NCBI RefSeq assembly: GCF_006345805.1
Contig: NC_042998.1
Coordinates: 65,658,001-65,722,000, forward strand
DNA: 64,000 nt
Reading direction: 5' to 3'
Source: Octopus sinensis
Taxonomy: Eukaryota
A model generated the notes under the pieces. The model was not told where the DNA came from. It worked only from the letters and a program-made list of their open reading frames with translations, and did no database searches. Positions 40,861-54,189 of the stretch are shown here, in pieces. The position numbers and the translations under genes were made by a program. Each line of letters begins with the position of its first letter. The first letter of the stretch is position 1.

Positions 40861-43337
40861 GTAGCAATGATATTTTCCGTTAATGTTGTTATGTGTAAAT
40901 AATTAATAGTCACTAATGATCATACTATTTATTCCTATTCCTTTTCCATAAGTTCCCCTCAATTTCTCTCAGATCATTAATGATTAATTTGTATTGCCGC
41001 TTCACTTTTTCTTTCTCATCTCTAGTTTCCGGAATTTTTATTTTTATTTTTTTTCCTGGGAGCATTTCGTCCTACACCACCTAAGTTATTCAGCATTTCT
41101 GTATTTCAAATGCTGCTTCCTCCTATCACTTTCGTCTTCACTTCTCTGTCTTCCTATCTTTCCTTCTCCCACTTCTCACCCTAACTCGACTACCCGTTAA
41201 TTCGCACAAAAATGATGAGCGGCTCCTTGTGAGACCTATCAGCTTGTGTATCTAGCAAAATGAATAAGCTTTGGGCCACAGATCATGTGACTTTTCTTGT
41301 TTACAAAGTTTTTTTTAAATATTTCTGTCCAACAAAACGACGCATATTATCATTATTAATTTTTCTTAATATTGAAACTTATAATTGATTATCTAATAAT
41401 TGTTAATGGGATTAATATATTACCTTCGTGTATATTTTATAGAAATTCTGATATCAATTCTTTCACAAACTCATTGCCATATTATTTATCATTGTCGACA
41501 ACATTCATATGAGAGGAGTTCAGTTCTCAATGAATGCCATTCGCTGCATATCCCATACAGTATTTTAGTTTCTGTTGTACTCTTTTCCTTTACTTCATAT
41601 TTCAGTGACATACTCTGCATGCCAACTTTTGTTGCAGTATTTACTTCATATTTATATATGCACCTTCAGTACTTTTCCTTTGCTTTTAATTTTTATCTCT
41701 TATCCCCAATAACCTGATACTATCGGATTGGAAACACTGCATTTGGTCACTTATATTCTTCTAGTTAATTCCATCTATTCAGAAAAATATGTTTCTCTGA
41801 TTATGAATTACTTATTCTAATAATGTATAACAATAATACTTAAGTCGTCCAAATTTTCTGGTGTTTTATGGATATATACCGGAACACGATATGCTTTTCC
41901 TTTGCCAATCTGTAGTAATCCTTAATTCTGTTCTCTAGTGAGGAACTTAAACTCACAATTTCGATATATGCGTTTTATTTACTTTTAGTAATTTCTATTT
42001 TTTGGCAGGAAATGTGTCCCTCTAGAAATTACGTAATTTTTTCTATTTATATTTAGCAATTAAAGTTCATAGTCTACTTAACCAATACAAAAGCAACTAC
42101 AGCAAACTCGAGATCTCGTAAATAATGTACTAGAAACTTATTAAAATTATAAATAAAATCGCTAGCACGAACAGCACAACTTCCTGTAAGACCTTTTAAA
42201 AGCAAATCGCCGATGTTATGTAAAATTATTTGCAATGTGAAACCTATAAGCATTACAGGTTTTACGGTTTCCGATCTTCCCACAGTTTAGTGTCACATTG
42301 ATCGAGTTTCAAACGACGCTGCTTCAAAACGAACTCGATAAAGACTTCAGCATACTGGAAAGTGGTGATCTGCTGCCGGAGATATATAGTAATGAATGTT
42401 TTCAACTACTAACTATTCGATATTATATCTGTGTTAACAACAAACAAGATGAGGACAAATATCTGTCAAATGTGAATAATGTAAATAATATAAATAATGT
42501 ATTCGATATTTTTTTTTCCGATACGACATTAGAAATGTATAATTTCAATAACACATTGTAAGAGGTTATGCATCATTATTAGAATTGAAAATTACATTAT
42601 TTTCGGAAACAGTCATCAATGAGAAATTGCAGAAGGAATATTTTAAGATTATTTCAAACGAGACACCCACATACGATATGATTAAAAATGAAAGCAATAT
42701 CTCTAATACAAATTGCAGCAGATGAAGTCGGTATTACAAGCTCATATTTTGATATAACAAATTATGAGGATATTTTTGTTAAAGTTTGTTCTACTTGATT
42801 ATAAATGCAAATAAGCTCAAAATAATGCCGTAAATCCGTTATTAAATATTATTTCTCTTTTCTCTTTGAGACGCGTTAGTGATATTGAATGCTACCAACG
42901 AATGATGCACATTAATACAAAAAGAGTGTCTGAAGCATGTGGTTAGTCTTATAATGAATGACGCATGTATTTGGGATAATGAACATTGATTTCTCGTTGC
43001 TTTGTTAAACATTTCCATTCAAATTCTACGAAGGTGATAATTAGAGCTCATGGTAAATTCATTCAATTAATTTTTCTTTATTAAAAGACGAAGTGGCATT
43101 TTGTTTCATTAAATATTAAAGCAAAGACTCATACAATATTAAATAACATGTTCTAAGATTTTAGTGAGAGAAATACGTATTTTTGTTAACAGCAGAATAC
43201 AGAGATACACTAGATAAATGAACAATTTCTTCGAATGATCTAATTTAGAGCCAACAGAGAAGCCGTTATAAGACTATTCCTGATGTGTAATATCTTGCAC
43301 ATTATCGTTTTAGAAACTACATAACATAATGTTGTGA

Positions 43338-43650
43338 AAGCGCATAGATTAGTAGTTAGGGCATTTGGTTCACGATCGCAGGCTGGGAGTTTGATTCCCG
43401 TCAGCGCGTTGAGTCCTTGAGCGAGATGTCTTAATTCACCTTACTCCAGTCACCTCAGCTCTAAGAAAGTTGTACCTGTAATACAAAGAGCCAGCCTTCT
43501 CCAGATTCTGTGTCACGCTGAATCTCATTGAGAACTACAGTAATTGTACGCCTGTCGGTGGAATGCTCAGCTGCTTCCACGCTAATTTCACGAGAAGGCT
43601 GCTCCGTTGACCGGATCAACTGGATCTCTTATCGTCGTAACCGACAAAGT
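43338..43650 (+). mobile_element. tRNA-derived SINE family C
   Basis: TAGTAGTTAGGGC..GAGTTTGATTCCCG head, GTCCTTGAGC.AGA..CTT central block, CGTCGTAACCGAC end. Confidence 0.8.
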
Positions 43651-44330
43651 GTTAGTTTAATATTTGGTTGGATAATATTGACTATACTAATACACTCAAG
43701 TCTATATGTTATTTATTCATTCATATATTATGCAAAAACATCGTATATTTCAAAATGCTACAACGTAATAGAGAATCTTACGTATAATATAAATATGAAC
43801 GCTGTTATATAAACTAGAATGTTACAAAAACACGTAATTATATATTAAATATCAGATAATCTAAATTCGTATAAGGTACAACATGATGCGAAGCACACCA
43901 TCTATTAATTATTAATTTTTTAATTATATATAAATGATAAAATTTTCGATAGCTTCACCTATTGTACTAAAAACAAAAGCCAAATGACATATCATTCCCA
44001 GGAGTTTGAAAATCACGATGAGAAAAATGTGATACTTATTCGATTGTCTTTTCCTCTGTACACAATACATGGATCAGCTCTATGAGCTTAAAACACTAAT
44101 TCACCACATGGAATATAATGAAAAACAACCACTGTTAAGCATATATTTCATCAAATGATATACGGATATTGAAGCTTATATATATATACTTCAAACTAAT
44201 AGGCTATTTTCTTCCTGCCATCCAAAAACAAGTGAAGTCTTCCATTAAGTAGCATAACAGAGAAAAGTTTAACATTGAAGAACAGAATGACAGCGCTCAA
44301 ACAACAGAAGCAAGATCCGATGAACAGTTC

Positions 44331-44948
44331 ATATTCCTTTCTACTCAAGGAACAAGGCTCGGAATTTATGGAGAGCGAGCCAGACGATCAGATGAACCGC
44401 AGTACGCAACTGGTACTTAATTTATCGGCCCCGAAAGAAGGAAAGGCAAAGTCGTCCTTGGCGAATTTTGAACTCAGAACGTAAAGACAGATGAAATACC
44501 GCTAAGCATTTCGACCGGCGTAATAACGATTCTTATTTCTTTATTGTCCACAGGGGTCTAAACATAAAGGGGACAGACAAGGACAGGCAAAGGGAGTAAG
44601 CCGATTACATCAACTCCAGTGCGTAACTGGTACTTATTTAATTGAACCCGAAAGGATGAAAGGCAAAGTCGACCCTGGCGGAATTTGAACTCAGAACGTT
44701 TCGGCAGACGAAATACATATTTCTTTACTACCCACAAGGGGCTAAACAAAGAGAAGACAAGCAAGAACAGACTAACAGATTAAGTCGATTATATCGTATT
44801 CAGTGCATAACAGTTACTTATTTAATTGACTCCGAAAGCTTGAAAGGCAAAGTCGACCTCGGCGGAATTTGAACTCAGAACGTATCGGCAGACGAAATAC
44901 CATTAAGCATTTCGCCCGGAGTGCTAACGTTTCTGCCAGCTCGCCACC
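44331..44948 (-). mobile_element. Head-to-tail trimer of SINE family B
   Basis: Units at 44717-44948 (full head), 44532-44716 (lacks ~55 nt of head) and 44331-44531 (variant tail). Confidence 0.85.
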
Positions 44949-45421
44949 GTGGGAAGAGTTAATATCATATCTTAAAGCCTATTTATACAAAAGAGCATCA
45001 GCACGTGATAGTTCAACTTCCATCACTAAAATAAACAACAACCAATTCTCTCACTCACACACTGCCACCGAACTTGTATAAAAAAATATTATTAAACACT
45101 TCATATTGCTTTGAACCATAGAAATCAAACGTATTATTGTTTTGAAATTTATCGAAGTGGCATTTTATTGTTTCATATTAACCCATTAAGTCTCAGAGTA
45201 CTTAAATTTCTGAATATTACTTTCGAATTATTACAGACGATTGAAAATTGGTTAAAATGAAAGAAATAATAATTATTAAAATTATTATTATTATTTCAAA
45301 TAGAAAAGGAAATACTCGGTGTCCTATAAATAGGACACTGAAACAATGGGACATAGCTTAATTAATGTTCTCATTTAGAATCCTATTTATAGGACAGTGG
45401 GACGTAATCGGTTAATGTGAA

Positions 45422-45653
45422 AGGTGGCGAGCTGGCAGAAACGTTAGCACGCCGGGCGAAATACTTAATGGTATTTCGTCTGCCGCTACGTTCTGAGTTC
45501 AAATTCCGCCGAGGTCGACTTGGCCTTTCATCTTTTCGGGGTCGATAAATTAAGTACCAGTTTCGCACTAGGGTCGATGTAATCGGCTTATTCCCTTTGT
45601 CTGTCCTTGTTTGTCCCCTCTATGTTTAGCCTCTTGCGGGTAGTAAAGAAATA
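45422..45653 (+). mobile_element. SINE family B, full-length monomer
   Basis: AGGTGGCGAGCTGGCAGAA..GAGTTCAAATTCC (B box)..GTAGTAAAGAAATA. Confidence 0.88.
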
Positions 45654-45759
45654 AAAATGTGAAATTTTTAAATACCGAAGGTTTCACGAACATTTAGTTT
45701 TCCAGACTGTTTTATATCTATTAAAATTCTATTTTGTTCATGGTGGCACGATCTTTGCA

Positions 45760-46790
45760 TTATCCTTTTCAATGATGCCTTTGGGTTTATGTTCGTATTA
45801 ATTTTTGCGCTGTCAAGTCAATATTTGTTGAAAAATATCCAATGGACCCTCGTTGCTCTCTGGTCATGACATCATTTATATTCGCTTTTGGCTAGTAGCG
45901 TACTGTTAATACGCCATAAGGTTTCACCATTTTGCCCACAAATGCAGCACTTATCAGTTTCTGATGTGGTGCCTATTCTGTATTTGATGTAATACGTTCT
46001 TAAAGTTTGCTTTTGAGGAGCACAGATTAGAGGATCCAAACAATGTCCGCATGCAATCAGTCCTCTTCCTCCTCTCTTTCTGGTACATACAGTTTGACTT
46101 AGTCACATTTCGGATGAAGTATACCATATCTAGTCAGCAACTTCCTTGTCTTTCTGCCTAAGCTGTTTAGTTCGTATATTGTCCATACAATTAACCCTAC
46201 TTCATATCTAATGAGTAAAACCGACGACGTATTCAATCTTATTCCGTCCGTTCAATTTAACGATCAGTCTGTCTTCAATGATCTCCACCTTAAATTTTTC
46301 TGTCATTTCTTTCTCCATCAATTAATCTATTTCCAATGAACCAAATACTTATATCCTGCCTCTTCTATTTCCTTCATAACCTTCTTCTGATGGTATCGCT
46401 AGATCGTCCATACAGTTGATTTAGCCTCTCTTCAAGACTAACACACCAAACTTTTAGTCATTCTGATACGGCACTGAAAGTATACATGGTATCAACGAGG
46501 GAACTGACTTGGAATTCATCTTTACAATAAAGTTTGTGGTCATCCACTAATAACAAGTGGTTGGTATTTTGTTTGCGGCTGTTGAATATACACCAGGCCT
46601 TTGCTTTCCTCAGAATCAGTGTTAGTGGTATCATGCACAGTACAAAATTCAGAAGAGACTGGCAGTCCCCTTGGAAGATGCCCTTCCTGATTTCTATTGT
46701 CACTATACTTCTTCCATATGCTGTCAGTTCCGTCTTCCAGTTCGCTATACTTTTTCCAATCAATCGCTCAAAATTTGATGCAATACCAAA
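45760..46790 (-). mobile_element. Decayed R4/Dong-type LINE (different subfamily from 1-1771)
   Basis: KGIFQGD, NHLLLVDDHKLY, AGYKY, RKTRKLLT..LHPK, LYVPERGGRG-like segment, then TDKCCICGQNGET and HKPKGII. Many stops and frameshifts, plus an internal deletion. Confidence 0.75.
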
Positions 46791-46797
46791 TAAGAAA

Positions 46798-47697
46798 GAT
46801 AGATATCTTTCTTTATTAACTATACAGAGCCGAACATAGAGGGAACAATATTCAACGTAGAACTTTTCTTTTCGAAAGAAAAGAAAAAGAAAAAAACTAG
46901 AAAGAAGGAAGAAAAATTCCCATCAAAAGGGGATCGTGTAAAAACAAAAAAAAAAGATCAAAAGCGATCGTGTATCACAGAACAGAGTAACAAAATGTAA
47001 AAAATACACTAGGTTGATTCGTGGAAAGAAAAGCCTACGAAAAAGATCACGATAATCTCAGGCAGGGAGGGAAAAAACACATGAGAACAAAGTGCTCTGT
47101 CTCTGTTTGTCTCCCCCCTTCTCTCTCTCTCTCACACACACACACTTTTTTGGATTTACAGGATCATGCTCAAAGTGGTTTCGTCATTCGCTCGTACCAT
47201 ACATGCTACATTCACCCAGCATTAATTGAATCTTTCATGAGACAAAACGTGACTCTCTATTCTCAAATTTCTTCTCAAGTGGTATTTGAAAGAGTTGGTC
47301 AGCGATTGGCCAGAGAGGAAATGTTTGTCTCTAAACATTTCGCTCTAATCCACCACACACATTCTTTCACCATAGCCACTAGTGCAATGAAAACTGCCTT
47401 ACCTTCCTGGTTAAGGGTAGGTTGCGGAGCAATTTTCACGATAGACTCGGCTGACAAGCGAATTCGTCCCACACACGACAGCAGCCGTTCTGCCTAAGCC
47501 CACAGGTCCGAAATGGTTGGACACTGCACGAGTGCATGCTGGGCAAGTCGGTCCGGTGTGTCTCGAACCGTGTATGTATATCTTATTTCGAACAGTCAAT
47601 GCTTCCCGAGTGCACTGCCAGGCCAGGGATCTTTGGTGGTTGTCCATAGGTCCTGGCCCGAAAGTTGTCCTGAACAGGCGGGTCAGGTATTCCTTCA
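46798..47697 (-). mobile_element. Tx1/L1-like LINE ORF2 C-terminus + 3'UTR (same family as 4748-5225)
   Basis: EYLTRLFRTTFG..RSLAWQCTREALTVRNK..CPAC (zf-RVT-like) ..WVNVA..NDETTLSMIL* (stop 47156-47158). 3' end AATAAAGAAAGATATCTATC. Confidence 0.78.
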
Positions 47698-48060
47698 CGG
47701 TCGTTAGACGATCCATTTGCTATTAACACCCGCTAAATGGAGGGCTGGACATGCTGTGGTTGATGAAGCGCAGACATGCCGTCATAGACAACTGTGACCA
47801 TGAGTGGTCGCAGTTTGTCAGGCCTGCTTTCCCGCAGCTTGTCTCTTTGCCCGAACTGCAGTCGTGGATCAAACAGAGACTGAAGCTAGGCGAATGGCAC
47901 CGCGTGTGTCGCTTTGCATTCAAGCATCTCTGTCGTCCGGGGCTAAACTTGTGCAACTTCAATTCCATGAAGGCGTTCCATATAGGGTTAGTGGAGGGGA
48001 GGTGGGATGACGTTGTCGGGGAGAACCTGTGCGTCGGCGAGTAACACCTGACCCGCCTGA
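47698..48060 (+). mobile_element. Inverted upstream ORF2 segment of the same Tx1/L1-like element
   Basis: VRRSICY*HPLNGGLDMLWLMKRRHA..WSQFV.. is the post-RT GGL motif region. It ends in HLTRL, overlapping the start of the minus-strand part. Confidence 0.72.
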
Positions 48061-50734
48061 CCCAAACTGATCAGCGGCGCACCTATGCCAGGTTCCTTAA
48101 CTACCCTGTACATGATGTAGCGCATCAGATAGATAGATAATCAGGTATCTGTGTACACACACACATATATACATAGGAACCTAGGGGGAAGTTATGAGCA
48201 ATGCTATATTCATCGACATGAGGTATTAAGTCTCTTATTAATGACGCAATTTTTATTGAAACATAAAATATTAAATCCATCTCTGCAATACGTAACGTAG
48301 TATAGGGCCTCAACTGCATCAGTTTTCAATTTAGATTCTATTTAACGAAATATACGCTTATGAATCATGGTTTTATTTGTAATATAGCTTCAATCTAGAG
48401 AGAAACGTAGAATTTCCTTGAGGTAGAAATCAGTGCATATGGCTTGATAAGACTCTATTGTGTTATAGTTACCTGTACAGCGGTTATATACATTTAGTCA
48501 CGCATAACGAATCTATGATAAGTTGTCAACTACATATGCCAAACCATTTTCGCATTTCAATGGAATTCATGGATGTCTTAAAGCACATATGCTTCCAAAA
48601 GACTTTTTTCAATACAAGTGAGAATAAAAGTCATTCATTCATCATGGCCACTAAATTTTAAATATTTCCAACTCACTAAACTTAATATTCTAGTGGATGT
48701 AGGGTTGTCGACATTTCTGTTTATATTTAATTTAACATTAGACATAGAATTAGAAACACATGACTTCGTTCGGTATCTCCTGCCAGCAAGTTGTATAATC
48801 ACCACAAGCATGTCTCGTTTACAGATGACGTAAAATTCAAATGTCCTCGAGTAATGACTCTCAGGGTGATCATGGAGAACAATTGAACGTAATTGTTTAC
48901 CAAATACAAATCTTTATATTGACTACGTTCAAAATAATTTAAGAGCGAGGAATAAATATAGGCGAGATTATACGTTGCCATATTTTCAGGATTTATAGTT
49001 CATGATCAGGATAGAAACCCTAGTACACTAGAGACGCAGAAATCGAGTGAGACTCAATATGTGTGAAACGATATAGTGGAAGTATAACATTATGTTTGTG
49101 ATAATGAAACGGATTTCGCTTGCAGTAAACCAATTTGAAAACGAAAATTTCAAATCTGAAACATAAAATATTATTAGTCGATATAAAGACAAATTGTAAA
49201 AGGCTTTTCAAACTGTAATTCTAAAGTAAGATAAAATACATATTGAAAATAAAATTACAACAAGACCACATGACTAGTCATTAAAAAGAAATGAAGTGTG
49301 TGTAAATTAATAACAATTACAAAGAGATCACTGTGTCTGGTCACCACGTTTCACAGGATACCTATGTTTCTTTATTTGGCTACTAGATACTGTAAAACGA
49401 TTCAGTTGTTTCTTTCTATGGAAAACAGTGACAATCACAAAGTCAGTTCCATACAAACATATATACACTTATAAGTACATATGTGGAAAGACATACACAT
49501 GCATATATATACACACACTTATGTATAGATGAATGTATATATATGAACATTTTGCGATTGTTCATTCATCGTGTTACACCAAATTGACATATACCACATT
49601 GGTGTGAACAAAAGAATTATATGCAAGTGTTACAGCCATCCTTATACGCTACTAGTAATAGTATGGACCTTTTAAAAGCTTGGTTCGTTGTCTATGACCC
49701 ACACAGGATGAAGGATAAAATCGACCAATTAACAGGCTTAATCAAGACCATGGAAACTACAGTTCATAAGTGATTACTCAGTATATAATTAATGATACAA
49801 AACACAATACCAAACACTAATATATTTGACTGGTGAACTATATAAAGCTGGTATCGCCAAAGATTTTAGTCATAGCATAGATGAAGAGTAACAATTAAGA
49901 ACACAAGAAGAGAATGTATTGATGTCTAATTAATAAAGTGTGGAAGAGTGTATACTGGTCAGCTAGATGTTGTCAGTCATTAATATTGCAGTAATGTACT
50001 AGATATCACTAATGACAGCAAAAGTCGCTTATAATGTAAAATAGTCTCTCTGGTATTATAAATAGCATTCCATAATTAAAAAGGTAATTAACACATCTTA
50101 ACTCCTGATGATTTTATCTCATAAGTATTTTTTTCATTCTTCTAAAATGAGCTATTTGCTACAACTTCATAAGAATAGATCCATTTGCTTAAAATATACA
50201 GACAATAAATCATTTCAAAACATCATATTTGTTGTACTTGAAATTTGCTAATGAAAGCAATTTATCTTAAAATGTTTGCATTCAAGATAAAAATACTAAA
50301 AAAATTGAAAAAATAATGTTTTAGAGGTGAACTCATTTTGTTCTACCTATGTAAATTATTATATGTATATACGCGTGTGTAATGTAAAGTATGTATATTT
50401 ATTTTACGTGATATGAAATATTAAGTAATGGTTGTCTCTCGATCTCAGCAAGACGATTCCGTCTGTTCTTGCTGTACCACCTACACGAAAGATTTAGACA
50501 TAGTGATCAAAGATGTATGTTGCATATCAGTTCACACACTCATTCAATGAAATCCACATTACCTGTGTCTAGTCTGCCATACATCTGATGGGGAAGCGAT
50601 CGCGGTCTAAGGTGAAATGAAGTGAATTGCTCAAAGAGCACAACACACCTTAACTGCTATACACACACATGAATGAATATATATATGAAGATATACATAA
50701 ATGTACACATTATATATATCTCTATATTTTTCTC

Positions 50735-51138
50735 TCTTTTACTTGTTTCAGTCATTTCACTGCTGCCATGCTGGAGCACCGCCTTTAGTCGAGCAAATCG
50801 ACCCCGGGACTTATTCTTTGTAAGCTCAATACTTATTCTATCGGTCTCTTTTGCCAAACCGCTAAGTGACAGGGACGTAAACACACCAGCATCGGTTGTC
50901 AAGCAATGCTAGGGGGACAAACACAGACACACAAACACATACACACACACATATATGTATATACATATATACGACAGGCTTCTTTCAGTTTCCGTCTACC
51001 AAATCAACTCACAAGGAATTGGTCGGCCCTGGGCTATAGCAGAAGACACTTGCCTAAGATGCCACGCAGTGGGACGGAACCCGGGACCATGTGGTTGGTT
51101 AGCAAGCTTATTACCATACAGCCACTCCTGCGCCTATA
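50735..51138 (-). mobile_element. SINE family A, full-length
   Basis: Complete head, central (CA)/(TA) microsatellite, complete tail. Confidence 0.9.
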
Positions 51139-51171
51139 TGTGAATATATATTATATAACAAAGATAACTGT

Positions 51172-52215
51172 GAAAGGTTTCGACCAAAGATTTGTCCAGG
51201 CCATGTCTTACATAATAGCTCCACCTGATAGGATTAGCTAAATCCTTTATAAATCAAGTTTTGTGGTATCATGGCCACTCGAGTAGGGAGTTCTTTTTGA
51301 GTGAATTATATTTAAGAATAGGTGGCTTACCTGTTATTCCTTGAAGAAATTTCTCCAGATTCCGTTTAAAGGTTTCGTGATCCTTTATCTGATATGTTTC
51401 GGGGCAAGGTTAAATATCGCACGGCTTGTTGGTGATAAAAATTTATGTTACAGCGTATTCATGTGTTGTGGTCCTAAATTGAGAAAGGGACTCTTGGCCC
51501 CTGGTCCTAGCCTTGGACGAATTTTGAAGCTAAAGTTGAGGTCATTTAGGTAATGCTACTGGTACGTATTCTACATCAACCAAAAGATGTATCGCTCACG
51601 GCGGCGCTGAAGAAAATAGACTTTCAATATCTTAACGCTGTCCTAATAACCGCGATCGGTCATACCCGTAATTCTTTTACTGAATGACATTCGGATTGAT
51701 TCAGTTTTCGAATTTTTTTTTTCTTTTTTGGCGTGTGTGTGTGTATATATGGAGTATCTACAGGGGAGTAGCAGTATTCGAGGTGCAGCCGTACAAAGAG
51801 TGAGGAAAAAGGAATGATGACTAATTGTTCTCTGTACCAGCAGGTTCTTAGTGTCGACAAGATCATCTTAGCTATATCGACCTTAGTGTTGATTTGGGTA
51901 CTCCATCTGAGATTGTTGTCAACAGTTACTCTTAGTTCTCTGATATTATTAGATGCTGTGAATGGTTCCCCTGAAAAAAGAAAGTATTGCTGTTTTAGCA
52001 TAGTTTTCTTCAAAAATGCATCAGCTAAAATTTTCCCTCGTTTAGTTGCGTTTGGGTTTTGTCTGTCCATTGAATCACAAGTATGTAAATCAGACTATAG
52101 TTTAGTTCAGTTTTCTACATCATTGATAATTTTCTTAAGCTTAGTCATCAGCGAATATTTTCACTGGAAAGGTCGTTCACGTACATAGACCATAAAGGGT
52201 AGCGGGACCAAGAAG
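51172..52215 (-). mobile_element. CR1/L2-like LINE 3' fragment, decayed copy
   Basis: Collinear with 52612-53773 (SNNIRELRVTVD, VRLHLEY, shared 3'UTR), with several deletions. Confidence 0.8.
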
Positions 52216-52283
52216 GCGATTATATATATGAATATATATGTATATAACTTATTTATATGTATGTGTGTGTGCGTGTAATTATA

Positions 52284-52349
<66 letters not shown>

Positions 52350-52396
52350 CATATGTATATATATATATATATATATGTATATAAATATACATATGC

Positions 52397-52435
<39 letters not shown>

Positions 52436-52611
52436 TATTTATATATATATATATATATAATATATATGCATATTTATATAATATATATATATATGCATAT
52501 TTATATAATATATATGCATATTTATATATACGTATGCATATATATATATATATATATATACATATGCATACATATATATATATGTATATATATTTATATA
52601 TATATATATAA

Positions 52612-53773
52612 ACTTAGATATGTTTCGACCAAAGATTGGCCCAGGCCATGTCTAAATTAATACCACCACCTGATAGGATTATTTGAATCCTGTTTAAGTC
52701 AAGTTTTGTTTATGGTCCATTCAAGTAGTGTGTTTTTGTTGGGTGAGTTGTATCCGATTATGGGTGGCTTATCTGGTATTCCTTGAAGTAATCTATCCAG
52801 ACTCCGTTTAAAGTTGATGAGATCCTTTTCCTCTTTTATCTCTTTCGGGACAATGTTAAATAGGGCAGGGCCTGTTGAGGAAAAGAAATTATGTTGCAGT
52901 GTACATCTATGCTGTGATCTTGAATTGTGCAGGGGACGTATCGACCGAGCTCCCAGTCTTGGATGAACATTGAAGCTAATTTTCAGGTTGTTTGGGCTAA
53001 GTTGGTGGTATATTCTCCACATCGTACAAATGATGTACCGCTCACGGCGACGCTGGAGAGAGTGGAATTTCAAGGCTTTAAGGCGATCCCAATAATCGAG
53101 ACCAGCCATGCCTTCAATTCGCTTAGTGAGTGCCGTCTGGGGTGATTCAATCCTCGAGACGTTTTGTCTTGTATAGGGAGACCACAGTGGGCAGAAGTAT
53201 TCGAGGTGTGGCCGTACAAAGGAGAGGCATGATGACACCTTATTCTCTGGACCGGAAAGTTCTTAAGATCCTGGAGCTCATCCTACGAGCTATATCGACC
53301 TTCTTGTTGATGTGTGCACTCCAACTGAGCTCGTCATCAACAATTACACCCAGGTCTCTGATATTGTTAGAGGCTGTGAGCGGTTCCCCTGAAGGAAGAG
53401 AGTATGGCTGTTTTAGTAAGGAATTTCTTCCAAAATGCATCAGCTCAAATTTTCCCTCGTTCAGTTGCATTTTGTTTCTCTCTGCCCATTGACTCACTGC
53501 ATATAGATCAGACTGGAGTTCAGTTCGGTCTGCTTCTTCATTGACGATTTGCTGGAGCTTAGAGTCATCAGCAAATATTTTTACATTGCAGTAATGTACG
53601 ACACTGGAAAGGTCGTTTATGGAAATCATGAAGAGTAGCGGACCCAAGACAGTCCCCTGGCGGACACCGCTGGTGACATTTGCTGGGCTTGAGTGGACTC
53701 CATCAACTACATCATGTTGTGTTCTATTCGCCAGGAAATACTTAATCTAGTGTAGAACTTTTCCACGGATTCC
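52612..53773 (-). mobile_element. CR1/L2-group LINE, 5'-truncated RT + 3'UTR
   Basis: GVRQGTVLGPLLF.INDL, IFADDSKL, LNEGKFELM, IRDLGVIVD, VRPHLEYFCPLWSP, LDYWDRLKALK..SLQRRRER. One stop and one frameshift (~53239). Confidence 0.9.
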
Positions 53774-54189
53774 ATATATATATGCATATGTATATATGTA
53801 TATAATAGAAATATTAAAATTACTAAGTCTCTCTAAAGGAGATTACGGCAGCGTTACTGGATATTAATAGTTATCGCCATACTAATATAGCAGTCTAAAT
53901 ATAAGGCTAAAGCTGTCGCTGATTATCTGCAAGAGGCCATTCGCCTCTAGCTAGCTATATGACACATGAACCTGCGTCTATTACAACCTTCGAACAGGGG
54001 AGGTCAGCCGCTTCACCTTGCTAGTCAGACATCTGCAGACATGTTTCAGGGTTGTTGCTCTTTATCAATGCAGCGTAGTCAGAACCAGCAGGTGTCGCTA
54101 CTGAAATCTTTAGTATAGGCACTAAGGCCCGAATTAAGAGGGGACATTACAAGACAGGACGTGGCGTACATAACGTAAACAAATCGAAA

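Noticed and set aside
42074-42561. Opposing 69-aa and 87-aa ORFs, with an acceptor-like site at ~42285
   Set aside because: No donor or domain, and the 3' part is a repeat-family tail.
53925-54040. HDV-like ribozyme candidate on minus (..GACCTCCCCTG..GGCGAATGGCC)
   Set aside because: A J4/2-like GCGAA and partial P2 are present, but I could not build P1 and P3 with correct topology. Needs an RNArobo or Infernal scan.
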